A DNA stretch of 64,000 bases from Candidatus Poribacteria bacterium (GCA_963665845.2 OY762492.1:992001-1056000); one strand, 5' to 3'; shown: positions 48,836 through 57,709, numbered from the stretch's first letter. Notes: generated by a model from the letters alone, not told the origin. Made by a program: numbers and translations.

Positions 48836-48970
48836 CTCTGGATTCCCGCTTACGCGGGAATGACGACGGGTAGGGCGTGGGAATGACGACGGGTAGGGCG
48901 CGGGATTTCTAGACTCCCTGAAAGGGGGTTTCCAGACTCCCCCCTTGAAAAGGGGGGCTGGGGGGGGTTT
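48836..48970. repeat. REP palindrome + 23-nt tandem duplication + CCCCCCTTGAAAAGGGGGG hairpin
   Basis: REP 48841-48864; GGGAATGACGACGGGTAGGGCG(T/C) at 48856 and 48879; hairpin 48939-48957. Confidence 0.85.
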
Positions 48971-49049
48971 TAGCCGCGCGGGGCGCGCTTGATTTATCCC
49001 AGCAAAAAGCGCATATTAAGCCAACGATCAACCTGTTCTGGAGAATTTC

Positions 49050-49778
49050 ATGGCGTCCATTTCTCCCGGCGTCCTATCCAAGCTGCGCGAGTTCGACACG
49101 CCGACCGTCTGCAACCTGATTGAGCTGTTTGAGGTTCGCCCGCGCAACGAAGGATATATGGACGCCCGCATCCGCGCCTGTTTTCCAGAAATGGATCCCA
49201 TCGTCGGCTTCGCGTCAACGGCGACCTTCCGCTCCGCCCAACCTCCGCGCGCCGGCGGCGCTTACAGCGGCTTAAGCCAGCAAGTGGAGGGGTTCAAGGA
49301 GCTTTCAGGTCCCGCTGTCGTCGTCTTTCAAGACCTGGACGACCCCGCCGCCGGCGCCACTTTCGGCGAAGTCATGTGTACAACCTATCAAGCATTCGGA
49401 GCCGTCGGTCTCATCACAAGCGGCGCCGGCAGAGACCTTGACCAGGTGCGCGCCATCGAGTTTCCCGTCTTCACCAGCGGTACCATCTGCTCGCATGGAT
49501 ACAACCATATCCCGCAGATTGGCGTTCCCGTCCGCGTCGGCGGCCTCACGGTCTATCCTGACGATATGCTCCATGCGGACTGCAACGGCGCCGCTTCCGT
49601 CCCGAAGGAGATCGCTGCGGAGGTTGCCGACATCGGAGACGAATTTATGAAAGCGGAAGCGATCTTGATTGAGGCGCTGCAAAACGATCCTTCTGAAGCG
49701 TCGCTTGCCGAAGCGCGCCGCGCATACGGCGAGATCGTCTCCGATTTAAAGCGCCGTGTGTCGCGCGCCGCTGTCTAG
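49050..49778 (+). CDS. RraA family (HMG aldolase-like) protein
   Basis: DTPTVCN.IE, VGFA.TA, FGEVM, G.GRDL, VGG..V.P.D..HAD.NG. Confidence 0.88.
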   Translation: MASISPGVLSKLREFDTPTVCNLIELFEVRPRNEGYMDARIRACFPEMDPIVGFASTATFRSAQPPRAGGAYSGLSQQVEGFKELSGPAVVVFQDLDDPAAGATFGEVMCTTYQAFGAVGLITSGAGRDLDQVRAIEFPVFTSGTICSHGYNHIPQIGVPVRVGGLTVYPDDMLHADCNGAASVPKEIAAEVADIGDEFMKAEAILIEALQNDPSEASLAEARRAYGEIVSDLKRRVSRAAV

Positions 49779-49789
49779 ACGCTTCCCCG

Positions 49790-51250
49790 CTAGAGCAAAT
49801 CGCGCGGGACAGGAAAGCGCTGAATAAACGACTTAGCATACGACATCCATCCGCTTTGGTACGGCTGCGCGACTCGGCGAATAAAAAAATCCATGTCGTC
49901 GGAATTGAGAACGGCTAGAAGACGATCCAGGTCGATAGACGCCGTCGGCTTGACGCAGTAGCCCGAATAGAATGTGGCTTCTGGATCGGCGCACCGCTGA
50001 AAGTTAGGGCGTCGGTTCATGGCGGAGGTCAAAATCTTATCGCCAAATCCCGAAGTGATGGAAACGCTTCGCCCGTATGCATACCATCGTTCAGGGTCTA
50101 TTTTGCCCTTGTCCCGTTTCAGCAGACGCTGTTTATGGCGAAGCAGCCATGCGTACGCCGCAGGCGCTTTTTCAGCAATTAAGACTTCGGGCAGAAGCCG
50201 CCCATGCGCGTCATACGGAAAAAGAACGGCTCGTTCGACAGGATCGCGTCCATTTTTGATGACAGACGCTTTCACAATCGGACGTAAAATCCATGGTTCC
50301 AAGTCAGCGCCGCGCTCCGCTTGACGATGATCGTCTATCGACACAATAAACACGCTATCAGCCAAGGTCTGTATGCCGACATGAATATCGGCGATTTCGC
50401 CAAGACGAGGACCGCGGCGCGTCAACTTCGTCATCCGCTCTTGATCTTGAGGAGTCAACGCGACCCATGGACGCGACGGCTCCGCATCGTCCACCGAGAT
50501 GACGGCGCCGCTGCCGTCGGATTGCGTCACAGGTATGCGCCGAGTCGATCCGCCTTTTCGGATGACGACGACCGCCGTGTAGGTCGTTACGCCTTCAAAG
50601 ATCTGTCGGTCGTTGAAGTCGATGATTTTTGTTACGGTATGGAACAAGGCGAGCGTCTTGCGCAGGCGTCCGCCGGCGCGCGACCGCAGCCAGCTTGACG
50701 GAGCGATGTATCCAAGCGTCCCTCCCGGACGCAGCAATTCCAAACCCAGCTCAAAAAACACGAGATAGGAGTCGTAAGAACCGCCCAATAGTTTCCATTG
50801 CCCGGCAACCTGCCGCCGCCCGGACTGCTCTAAATGTTGAACTCGTACATACGGCGGATTGCCGACCACATGGCTAAACCGCCCCCATTCGTCCCGCAGA
50901 GCCGACCGGTCGAAAGCGTTGCAAACGCGCAGACGCCAGCGGACGCGCTCATCCGGGTATCGGTCTTTGAGTAAAGCGTCCAGATGGGCGCGGCAGGCGG
51001 CGACCGCTTCAGGATTGATGTCGTAACCTGTCAGGCGGCGCAAGGCGTTCAGGGCGTCCGATTTGGAAAGCCGATTCAACATTCGCCGCGCTACAGCCGT
51101 TAAAAACGCCCCGTCGCCGCAGGACGGGTCGCACACGCCGCTTTCTTTGAGTTGGTCAGGTTCAGAAAGGCCCGCGCTGTCAAGAATCGTTTCCACAATG
51201 TCGGGCGGCGTATAAACGGCGCCAAGCCGCTTCCGGTCAGAGTTGGTCAT
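49790..51250 (-). CDS. N6-adenine DNA methyltransferase (Eco57I/TaqI-like, gamma class)
   Basis: GAVYTP, DPSCGDGAFL (motif I), VGNPPYVR (motif IV), C-terminal WY.YGR TRD-like region. Confidence 0.9.
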   Translation of the reverse strand: MTNSDRKRLGAVYTPPDIVETILDSAGLSEPDQLKESGVCDPSCGDGAFLTAVARRMLNRLSKSDALNALRRLTGYDINPEAVAACRAHLDALLKDRYPDERVRWRLRVCNAFDRSALRDEWGRFSHVVGNPPYVRVQHLEQSGRRQVAGQWKLLGGSYDSYLVFFELGLELLRPGGTLGYIAPSSWLRSRAGGRLRKTLALFHTVTKIIDFNDRQIFEGVTTYTAVVVIRKGGSTRRIPVTQSDGSGAVISVDDAEPSRPWVALTPQDQERMTKLTRRGPRLGEIADIHVGIQTLADSVFIVSIDDHRQAERGADLEPWILRPIVKASVIKNGRDPVERAVLFPYDAHGRLLPEVLIAEKAPAAYAWLLRHKQRLLKRDKGKIDPERWYAYGRSVSITSGFGDKILTSAMNRRPNFQRCADPEATFYSGYCVKPTASIDLDRLLAVLNSDDMDFFIRRVAQPYQSGWMSYAKSFIQRFPVPRDLL

Positions 51251-51277
51251 GGATGGAACTGCGCAGTTAGACGCTGT

Positions 51278-52423
51278 TCATTTAAGAACCGTCAGCGGAT
51301 TGATCGCCTTGCCGTTGCGCCGCACCTCAAAGTGCAGATGCGGTCCGGTGGAGACGCCTGTTGAGCCGGCGCGCCCAATCTCCTGCCCCTGGCGCACTTT
51401 CTGCCCCCGCCTCACCTTGAGCCGCGAGAGATGCGCGTAGCGGGTCGTGTAGCCGTTCTCATGCTGAAGCACAATCAGGTTGCCGTATCCGCCGAACCAT
51501 TCCGCGCGGATGACGACGCCGTCGCGCGCCGCCATGATCTTGGCTCCATACCCGCATGCAAAGTCGATGCCCGCATGCAACTGACTCCGACGAGTGATCG
51601 GATGCCTGCGCTGCCCGTAGTGGGACGAAATCCTGCCGGCCGCCGGACGCGCGAACACAGGCTGCCCCGTACGCGACCAGCCGTTTGAAGCGCGGGGCGC
51701 CTTCGCGTTCGGCAAAAACAGCTCCTGCCCAACATAAATCGTGTTCGGATCGCTGATGTTATTGGCGTTCACTACCGAATGAATCGAGACGTCGTAATCG
51801 AGCGCGATGTCCTCTATCGTGTCGTTTTTTTCGACGACACGAAGAAGCCCGTCCACCGAGGGGATGCGCAGCCGATCGCCAGGATGGATGTCGCGCGCGT
51901 CGGCAAGCTGATTGACGCTCGCGATCGTGTCCACTTTCAAGCCGTATTGACGCCCGATCTGGTACAGCGAGTCGCCCGCTTTCACCTCGTACATCCGCTC
52001 GTTCAGCGTTGGAACGTCCGCGCTTTTGGCGTTGGCTTCAACCGCTTCCGAATAGGCCAACCCCCCGATCGGCGGGCTGAAGGCTGCTTTCAGAGCGACG
52101 CCCGCCTTGTTCAGATTGATCACATTTGCGTTCTGCGCCGCGGCGACCAGTATCGCCAGCGGTACCGTCAGTATCAAAGCCCATTCGCCCGCGACTCGGA
52201 AAAAGAAGGAGCTAGGGTTGTCCGCCGCGCTTTTCATGCGCTTTTGACGGCTCCGCCATTTGACCCAAAGCGGTTTCAAGCGCGTCAACAGATGCGCCGC
52301 CAGCTCCTTAACGCCCCGGCGCTCTTCCTCAACGCCGCGGCGCCTTCTATTAGGCGCCTTCTTGCGGGGCGAGGGTTCAATGACGACTCGGCCGTTCCGT
52401 ATGCGGTATGGATGGTGTGTCAT
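51278..52423 (-). CDS. LysM-domain M23 family peptidase
   Basis: two LysM (YEVKAGDSL..I; VEKNDTI..IA), HAGIDF, GYGN, YAHL, GSTG.STGPHLHFEVR. Confidence 0.95.
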   Translation of the reverse strand: MTHHPYRIRNGRVVIEPSPRKKAPNRRRRGVEEERRGVKELAAHLLTRLKPLWVKWRSRQKRMKSAADNPSSFFFRVAGEWALILTVPLAILVAAAQNANVINLNKAGVALKAAFSPPIGGLAYSEAVEANAKSADVPTLNERMYEVKAGDSLYQIGRQYGLKVDTIASVNQLADARDIHPGDRLRIPSVDGLLRVVEKNDTIEDIALDYDVSIHSVVNANNISDPNTIYVGQELFLPNAKAPRASNGWSRTGQPVFARPAAGRISSHYGQRRHPITRRSQLHAGIDFACGYGAKIMAARDGVVIRAEWFGGYGNLIVLQHENGYTTRYAHLSRLKVRRGQKVRQGQEIGRAGSTGVSTGPHLHFEVRRNGKAINPLTVLK

Positions 52424-52470
52424 CTCGATTGCGGTCTTGTCATTAGGAGCTCCTTGACGCTGTGATGCCA

Positions 52471-52499
52471 ACCATACTAAAGATTGCCGTCCGCGTCAA
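52471..52499 (-). promoter_or_regulatory. sigma70-type promoter TTGACG-N17-TATGGT
   Basis: consensus spacing upstream of M23 gene. Confidence 0.55.
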
Positions 52500-52537
52500 C
52501 GCTTTTTGCCCTTGCGCCTTTGAAAAGACGGTTAATT

Positions 52538-53335
52538 CTATGCGGTTTCTGTTTTGGTTTCGTTGGCAAAGTACTCTACGCTGCGGCAAATCTTCATTGC
52601 CACCTCTAGGTCGCGCGTTTCAAGCGACGCGCGCGCCATCACGCGGTTCAACGCAAGCGTCACCGCGCTCCAGTCCCCGTTCATGGGGCGAAACTCAACC
52701 GCGCGGAGCATCTCCTCAATGCAGCGCACCGCCGCCTGCACATCGCGATGCGGCGCCGGCTCCCGCTGAAACGGCTCAATTTCGCCGACGCTCGCCATAA
52801 AGATTTCATAAGCGAAAATCTGCGCCGCCTGCGCCAGATTCAAGGACGGGTTCTTCGTCGCCATCGGAATGCTTGCAATCAGGTCGCACCGCGACAGATC
52901 CTCGTTGGAGAGACCGAAATCCTCCCGTCCAAACAGAACCGCCGCCTGATGCGACTGCGACGCCCGCGCAATTTCAACCGCCGCCTCCCGCGCCGACGCC
53001 GGCTCCGCCATACGGCGCGACCGTCGGCGGTGCGTCGTCCCGACCAGAAAATGCGCATCCCCAATCGCTTCCTCCAGCGACTCGGCGGTCTGCGCTGAAT
53101 ACAGCACATCTTTGGAATTCATCGCAAACTTGCGCGCCTCCGCCGATTCGTTCCATCCAGGGGGAGGGTTGATCAACCGCAGATCCGAGATGCCCATGCC
53201 TTTCATCGCGCGCGCCGCCGAGCCGATATTGCCCGGCTCCAGCGTCTCCAGCAGCGCAAACCGAATGTTCGACAGGTTCGGCGGCACCTCCACCCGAAGC
53301 GCTCGTTCCTGGTCGGGCGTCAAACGGTCTCTCAT
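52538..53335 (-). CDS. trmJ: tRNA/rRNA 2'-O-methyltransferase TrmJ/LasT family
   Basis: PGNIGSAARAMK.MG, LFGRE..GLSN, PSLNLAQA; ATGA overlap with larB. Confidence 0.85.
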   Translation of the reverse strand: MRDRLTPDQERALRVEVPPNLSNIRFALLETLEPGNIGSAARAMKGMGISDLRLINPPPGWNESAEARKFAMNSKDVLYSAQTAESLEEAIGDAHFLVGTTHRRRSRRMAEPASAREAAVEIARASQSHQAAVLFGREDFGLSNEDLSRCDLIASIPMATKNPSLNLAQAAQIFAYEIFMASVGEIEPFQREPAPHRDVQAAVRCIEEMLRAVEFRPMNGDWSAVTLALNRVMARASLETRDLEVAMKICRSVEYFANETKTETA

Positions 53336-54099
53336 TCGCCGCCCCCGCTTTTTGCCGACAGCCGATTCATCAACGCGGCGGCGTAGCCCGCTCCAAACCC
53401 GTTGTCGATATTGACGACCGTCACCCCCGAAGCGCATGAGTTCAACATCGCTAGCAAAGCGGCGACGCCGCCCAAGTTGGCGCCGTAACCCGCGCTTGTC
53501 GGAACGGCGATCACCGGAACGCTCACCAAACCGCCGACGACGCTTGGCAAAGCCCCCTCCATCCCCGCCGCCACAACGATGACGCGCGCCGAATGCAGCG
53601 CCGGCGCATTGTCCAGCAGCCGATGAAGACCTGCGACGCCGACATCATAAAGACGCTCCGGGCGCTGACCCATCGCGGACGCCGTCTCATACGCCTCCTC
53701 GGCGACCTGCAGGTCTGCTGTGCCGGCGCTGACAATCAGAACGCCCTCCTGCGGCTCCACAGGGTTCTGAATAAGCCGAAAGGTTTTCGCGCGCGCGTTA
53801 TACTCCGCGCCGGGCGCCGCCTTTTGAACCGCCTCAAACACGTTCGGCTCCGCGCGGGTGCCGAACAGATCGCTCCCCCGCGCGAGTATCGCCTGCGCAA
53901 TCGCCGCTGTCTCCTCGGCTGTCTTGCCGGGGCAATAGATCACCTCCGGGAACCCGTTGCGCAGTTCCCGGTGATGGTCCACCTTTGCAAAACCAAGGTC
54001 CTCGTAAGGCAGCCGGCGCAGCGACGAAAGAGCGTCGTCAATCGACAGCGCGCCTTGACGCACCTCTTCAAGCAGACGGCGCAGCGATCCAGCGTCCAT
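53332..54099 (-). CDS. larB: nickel pincer cofactor biosynthesis protein LarB
   Basis: DLGFAKVDHHR..R.G.PEVIY..GKT, AGTAD, DVGVAGLHRL, AGMEGALPS, PTS.GYG, VVNIDNGFGA. Confidence 0.93.
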   Translation of the reverse strand: MDAGSLRRLLEEVRQGALSIDDALSSLRRLPYEDLGFAKVDHHRELRNGFPEVIYCPGKTAEETAAIAQAILARGSDLFGTRAEPNVFEAVQKAAPGAEYNARAKTFRLIQNPVEPQEGVLIVSAGTADLQVAEEAYETASAMGQRPERLYDVGVAGLHRLLDNAPALHSARVIVVAAGMEGALPSVVGGLVSVPVIAVPTSAGYGANLGGVAALLAMLNSCASGVTVVNIDNGFGAGYAAALMNRLSAKSGGGE

Positions 54100-54102
54100 C
54101 GA

Positions 54103-54528
54103 TTAGGTCGAGAGCGCTTCGTCAGACGGAGACGCCTGGGGCGCGCCCTGGTCTTCCGCCTCGTCTTCATGTTCGTCTTCAGAGTCGTCGTTCAGCTCAT
54201 CCCGCCGTCGCGAGTACGCCCGTCTGCCCTCATCGACCGCGTCGCGCACCTTCGTTGTGAGGTCGCGGAACTCGGCGCGGCTCTCGCGGATAAAGTCGCC
54301 GATGCGGTCGCGGCTTTCATCAACGAAATCTTCGACGCGCGCGCGTCCCTCATCCACCAAGTCGACCGCGCTGTCCTTGATCTCCGCCGACTTTTCGCGG
54401 ATGCGCCGCCGCGTTTGCTGACCCGACGCCGGCGCAAACAGTATCCCCGCCAAAGCTCCGATCGCCCCGCCAATCAGCACGCCAAGCGCGGCGGCTCCAA
54501 CGACAGAACGTCCATTGTCATTGCTCAT
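54103..54528 (-). CDS. YtxH domain protein
   Basis: LIGGAIGALAGILFAPASG.QTR..I. Confidence 0.88.
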   Translation of the reverse strand: MSNDNGRSVVGAAALGVLIGGAIGALAGILFAPASGQQTRRRIREKSAEIKDSAVDLVDEGRARVEDFVDESRDRIGDFIRESRAEFRDLTTKVRDAVDEGRRAYSRRRDELNDDSEDEHEDEAEDQGAPQASPSDEALST

Positions 54529-55028
54529 TTAGATCGCTCCTTTCTGGATCGTCTTAATCTTCTGAACCGTCCTGTAGGCAGGGCTTTCATCACCGCCCGC
54601 GCCCCGCTCCACAGGCTCGCTACCTCAATCAACGGTCGAAATACTTTGTCCCGATAAAAGGTTGCCTGTCGAACGGTTGTGCGGGAAAACTGAACCCCCT
54701 CCTCCACCGCGTCCGCTAATTGACGGCTCGCCGAATTCAGCTCCCGCGTCATTTCCTCCACATTGCGCATGACAGGCTCCATCGACTTTCGATGCGTCTC
54801 CGAAATCGCGTCGGTCAAAGCGCGCGCCGAGACGATCGTGTCCTCCAGCTCGGCGGACATGTCCTGAAACGACTTGAACGCTGTCGTCATCTCGCGGCTC
54901 AACTGGTGAAGGTCCATCAAAAGCGGAACCAAACGCCGCAACACCACAACCATGATGACGATCAAGACGGGACCCGCCACAATCACCATGCAATCGCGGA
55001 TCACCTCAAGCGTCTCGCCCAGCCCCAT
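54525..55028 (-). CDS. DUF948/YoxC-like membrane coiled-coil protein
   Basis: N-terminal TM then heptad helices; ATGA-coupled to ytxH as in ytxG-ytxH pairs. Confidence 0.6.
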   Translation of the reverse strand: MGLGETLEVIRDCMVIVAGPVLIVIMVVVLRRLVPLLMDLHQLSREMTTAFKSFQDMSAELEDTIVSARALTDAISETHRKSMEPVMRNVEEMTRELNSASRQLADAVEEGVQFSRTTVRQATFYRDKVFRPLIEVASLWSGARAVMKALPTGRFRRLRRSRKERSK

Positions 55029-55060
55029 TCGACATCTCCTCAGCCAAACCTATGCGTTCT

Positions 55061-55089
55061 ATCATAGCGCGAATCGCCGCGCTTGTCGA
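55061..55089 (-). promoter_or_regulatory. sigma70-type promoter TCGACA-N17-TATGAT
   Basis: consensus spacing; AGGAG RBS downstream. Confidence 0.55.
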
Positions 55090-55099
55090 TAGTCTCTTT

Positions 55100-55267
55100 C
55101 CGTCCTCATGCATAAAGTTGGGACTGGTGGACGAACAAAGCCTTTATTCATGGGAAAAAGACGTTGCCAACCCGATCGTCATTCCCGCGTAAGCGGGAAT
55201 CCAGAGTCCACCCCGAAACCGTCCGCGTCTCCATGCCAACATGTCCCAACTAAAGCCGCAAGGTCAG
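55100..55267. mobile_element. putative MITE (168 bp, reverse orientation) with internal REP
   Basis: ends CCGTCCTCATGCATAAAGTTGGGACT / ATGTCCCAACTAAAGCCGCAAGGTCAG; same module order as rc of 40570-40737; REP at 55178-55201. Confidence 0.72.
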
Positions 55268-55314
55268 CCTCTTTCTAGAACTACTCTTTCAGTTGCGGCA
55301 TTTGAGCGGACGCC

Positions 55315-55366
55315 GCGTCCGATTCCCCCTTGAAAAGGGGGCTAGAGGGGTTTAAAGGACGGGCGC
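55315..55366. repeat. CCCCCTTGAAAAGGGGG hairpin module
   Basis: near-identical to 18082-18137. Confidence 0.85.
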
Positions 55367-55378
55367 CGCGCCAACCGC

Positions 55379-57631
55379 TCAACCGCCCCGCTCGTTTTCC
55401 GCCTCGCGCTCTCTTTTTAAATCGACGGCGACCCAGCGCGGAAGCAACACCCGCTGCGCATTCCTCGACAACTCCACCGCTTCAGACAACGAGGCAACCG
55501 CATCCTCCAGCGTATCATGCGGCTTGCGGAGAGCCTCGTAGGCGCGCTTCACGCTAGAATACGGCAACGGCTCCTTGCCAATCAGATCGCGCGACGCATG
55601 CCAGCCCCGCCGATCCCGCTCCACATGCACAAAATCGTAAAGAAAACAGAGCGGAGCCGCAAACGTAAACAACCGCCGCTGCGCTTCCAAACTTGACCTG
55701 GAGGGACCCATATACCGCTCCCGCACCGCGCGCAGATCAAGCGGTTTGCCGACCCGCTCCAGCTCCGCGTCAATGCAATCCGCCAGCGCCTTAAAATCAT
55801 GAATGCCGCGCGCCACCTCAATCGTCGCGTAGGTTGAAACATCTGTCCGCGCGACAAGCCCTTCCCGCCGCAGGCGGTCTAAAAGCTGCCGCGCCGACGA
55901 CTCGTTTTGCGCCAGCACCGACTCCGCGATGCGCTTGAACGGCACCGGCTCGCCCGCCAGCCGCAGCATATCGTACACATGCCTTTTTTGAGACGCCCTG
56001 TCGGCGTCCATTTCAACGGCGACCGAATCGGAACGGGAACGCCCGTCAAAATACAGGTTCTCCGTCTCCCCGTGAACAGAAACGAGATGGCGCAAAATGA
56101 AATAGTCCAGAGCCGCGCACGCCGGCACATTGTGATGAATCGTTTGAAGATTCGCGCTTGACATGCCGTTCTCAACGATGAACGCGCGTATGGCGCCCAG
56201 CATCTGCGGCACATCGATATTCGATGCGTCCAGGAAACGGCGGTGGCGGTAACGCCCAGGACCCATCAGGTAGAGATGCGTATTATGGCTAAATTCCTGC
56301 GTCGGCTGAGACGAAAGAACCGGCGTTTTGCATGCCCTGCTGCGCTCAAGCAGGTCGCCGGCGCGCCTCCACGCAAGCCCCTCTGGATAGCCGGCGAGAA
56401 GATGCGCAACCGCGTCCCGCTTCGTCATGCCGCGCGGATACAGCCCGCCCTCCCCCGCGAACAGATGACCCGACCGTTCGCCCGCCGACACGAGCGCCTT
56501 CGCGCGGTCGCGGCTCAACCCGTTTCGGCGAACCAGCTCCGTTGTGAGCAGTTTGCGGGACAGCGGAGACGGAGTTTCGCACAGTATCGGACGAAGCAGC
56601 TTTCGGCTCTCGCGCGCCGCTTTCGCCAGCGACTCATATGAATAGGCAGAAGCGTCAATGCCAACGCAGATCTCAAGAAAGCGGTAAAACTCCCGAGAGC
56701 CGCTGAAACGCTTCATCAGGGGGGCGTAAACGACGGCAGGATCCTCGCGTTTATTTTTGCGTCCGATGCGCTTCCGCGTCCGCTGGCTCCAGCTAAAGCT
56801 GCGGTTCAAGAATAGAATCGTCTCCGCCTCGATCTGACGTATTCGCTCCCGCGTGCGGTCATGCTTCTTTCCAATCGAGGTGAGCGAATCCGCCGGACGA
56901 TCAATCCCAAACCGCGTCGCAAAGATGTCCCGCTGCAGCCCTTCCAGAGCGGCAATGAAACGATCAATATCTCCAATCACAACGCCGCAGAACTGCGCGA
57001 GGGATAGATCGGAAACATCGGCGCGAACTAGAAGGGAGCCAGGAGCCGGCTCATACTCCAACGGCGGCTGCTCTAAAAACGGAGCGGCTTCTTGCAGTAT
57101 CCGCTCCCCAATCTGGTCAACCGCTCCGTTCGATTTCTGGATCGGCGCGGACATCGAGATAAAAGCGACATCGGCGGCGGTCGCTATTTTTTCGCGGCTG
57201 CTCTCCAACTTGCGGAGGGCGCGCCGCTCCGAGAGCGACAGGCAAGCCCAGTTCAGCTCAAACCCGCCGCTCCGCAGCCATTTGAGTATCTGAGGCGCGT
57301 TGTAGGGGCTGCTGATATGATCGCTCTCGCCTTTTTCATACGCTTTGAGCATCTCCTGTAACTCGACAAAATAGCGCATATAGGTGGAACCGATGCCCTT
57401 GTGTCCGCTGATTTCCTCTGGGCTGACCCGCAGAATATCCCCGATTGTCCAGTTCCGTTCCGTCACTTTTTCAAGGCGCGCGACCACCTTCAGATGTCCA
57501 GGGTTATGAAATGCCGCCTTGCGCAAAAAATCGCGCACCGGCGCGGAGGCGCTTTCTGCGTTGAAGCCCCCCGAAGCGACGCTCGAAAAAGAGCCGCCCC
57601 TGGACTCGGTCGTCTGCGGATGGTTTAACAC
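55379..57631 (-). CDS. multi-domain DNA-binding protein: RNAP alpha-CTD-like + sigma70 region 4 + further helical/wHTH-like domains
   Basis: TIGDILRVSPEEISGHKGIGSTYM (HhH, alpha-CTD-like); QRDIFATRFGID..SLTSIGKKHDRTRERIRQIE (sigma70 r4); no region-2 motif seen; start uncertain. Confidence 0.72.
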   Translation of the reverse strand: MLNHPQTTESRGGSFSSVASGGFNAESASAPVRDFLRKAAFHNPGHLKVVARLEKVTERNWTIGDILRVSPEEISGHKGIGSTYMRYFVELQEMLKAYEKGESDHISSPYNAPQILKWLRSGGFELNWACLSLSERRALRKLESSREKIATAADVAFISMSAPIQKSNGAVDQIGERILQEAAPFLEQPPLEYEPAPGSLLVRADVSDLSLAQFCGVVIGDIDRFIAALEGLQRDIFATRFGIDRPADSLTSIGKKHDRTRERIRQIEAETILFLNRSFSWSQRTRKRIGRKNKREDPAVVYAPLMKRFSGSREFYRFLEICVGIDASAYSYESLAKAARESRKLLRPILCETPSPLSRKLLTTELVRRNGLSRDRAKALVSAGERSGHLFAGEGGLYPRGMTKRDAVAHLLAGYPEGLAWRRAGDLLERSRACKTPVLSSQPTQEFSHNTHLYLMGPGRYRHRRFLDASNIDVPQMLGAIRAFIVENGMSSANLQTIHHNVPACAALDYFILRHLVSVHGETENLYFDGRSRSDSVAVEMDADRASQKRHVYDMLRLAGEPVPFKRIAESVLAQNESSARQLLDRLRREGLVARTDVSTYATIEVARGIHDFKALADCIDAELERVGKPLDLRAVRERYMGPSRSSLEAQRRLFTFAAPLCFLYDFVHVERDRRGWHASRDLIGKEPLPYSSVKRAYEALRKPHDTLEDAVASLSEAVELSRNAQRVLLPRWVAVDLKREREAENERGG

Positions 57632-57709
57632 CGGAACGGTTTCATCGGTTCGCGTAAAGGCTGATTGCCGCTCTCAATTGTCGGTATGTATTGCGTATCC
57701 ACTGCCCAT

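Noticed and set aside
55379-57631. Bona fide sigma factor or rpoA
   Set aside because: No sigma region 2 and no alpha N-terminal dimerisation domain are recognisable; only isolated DNA-binding modules.
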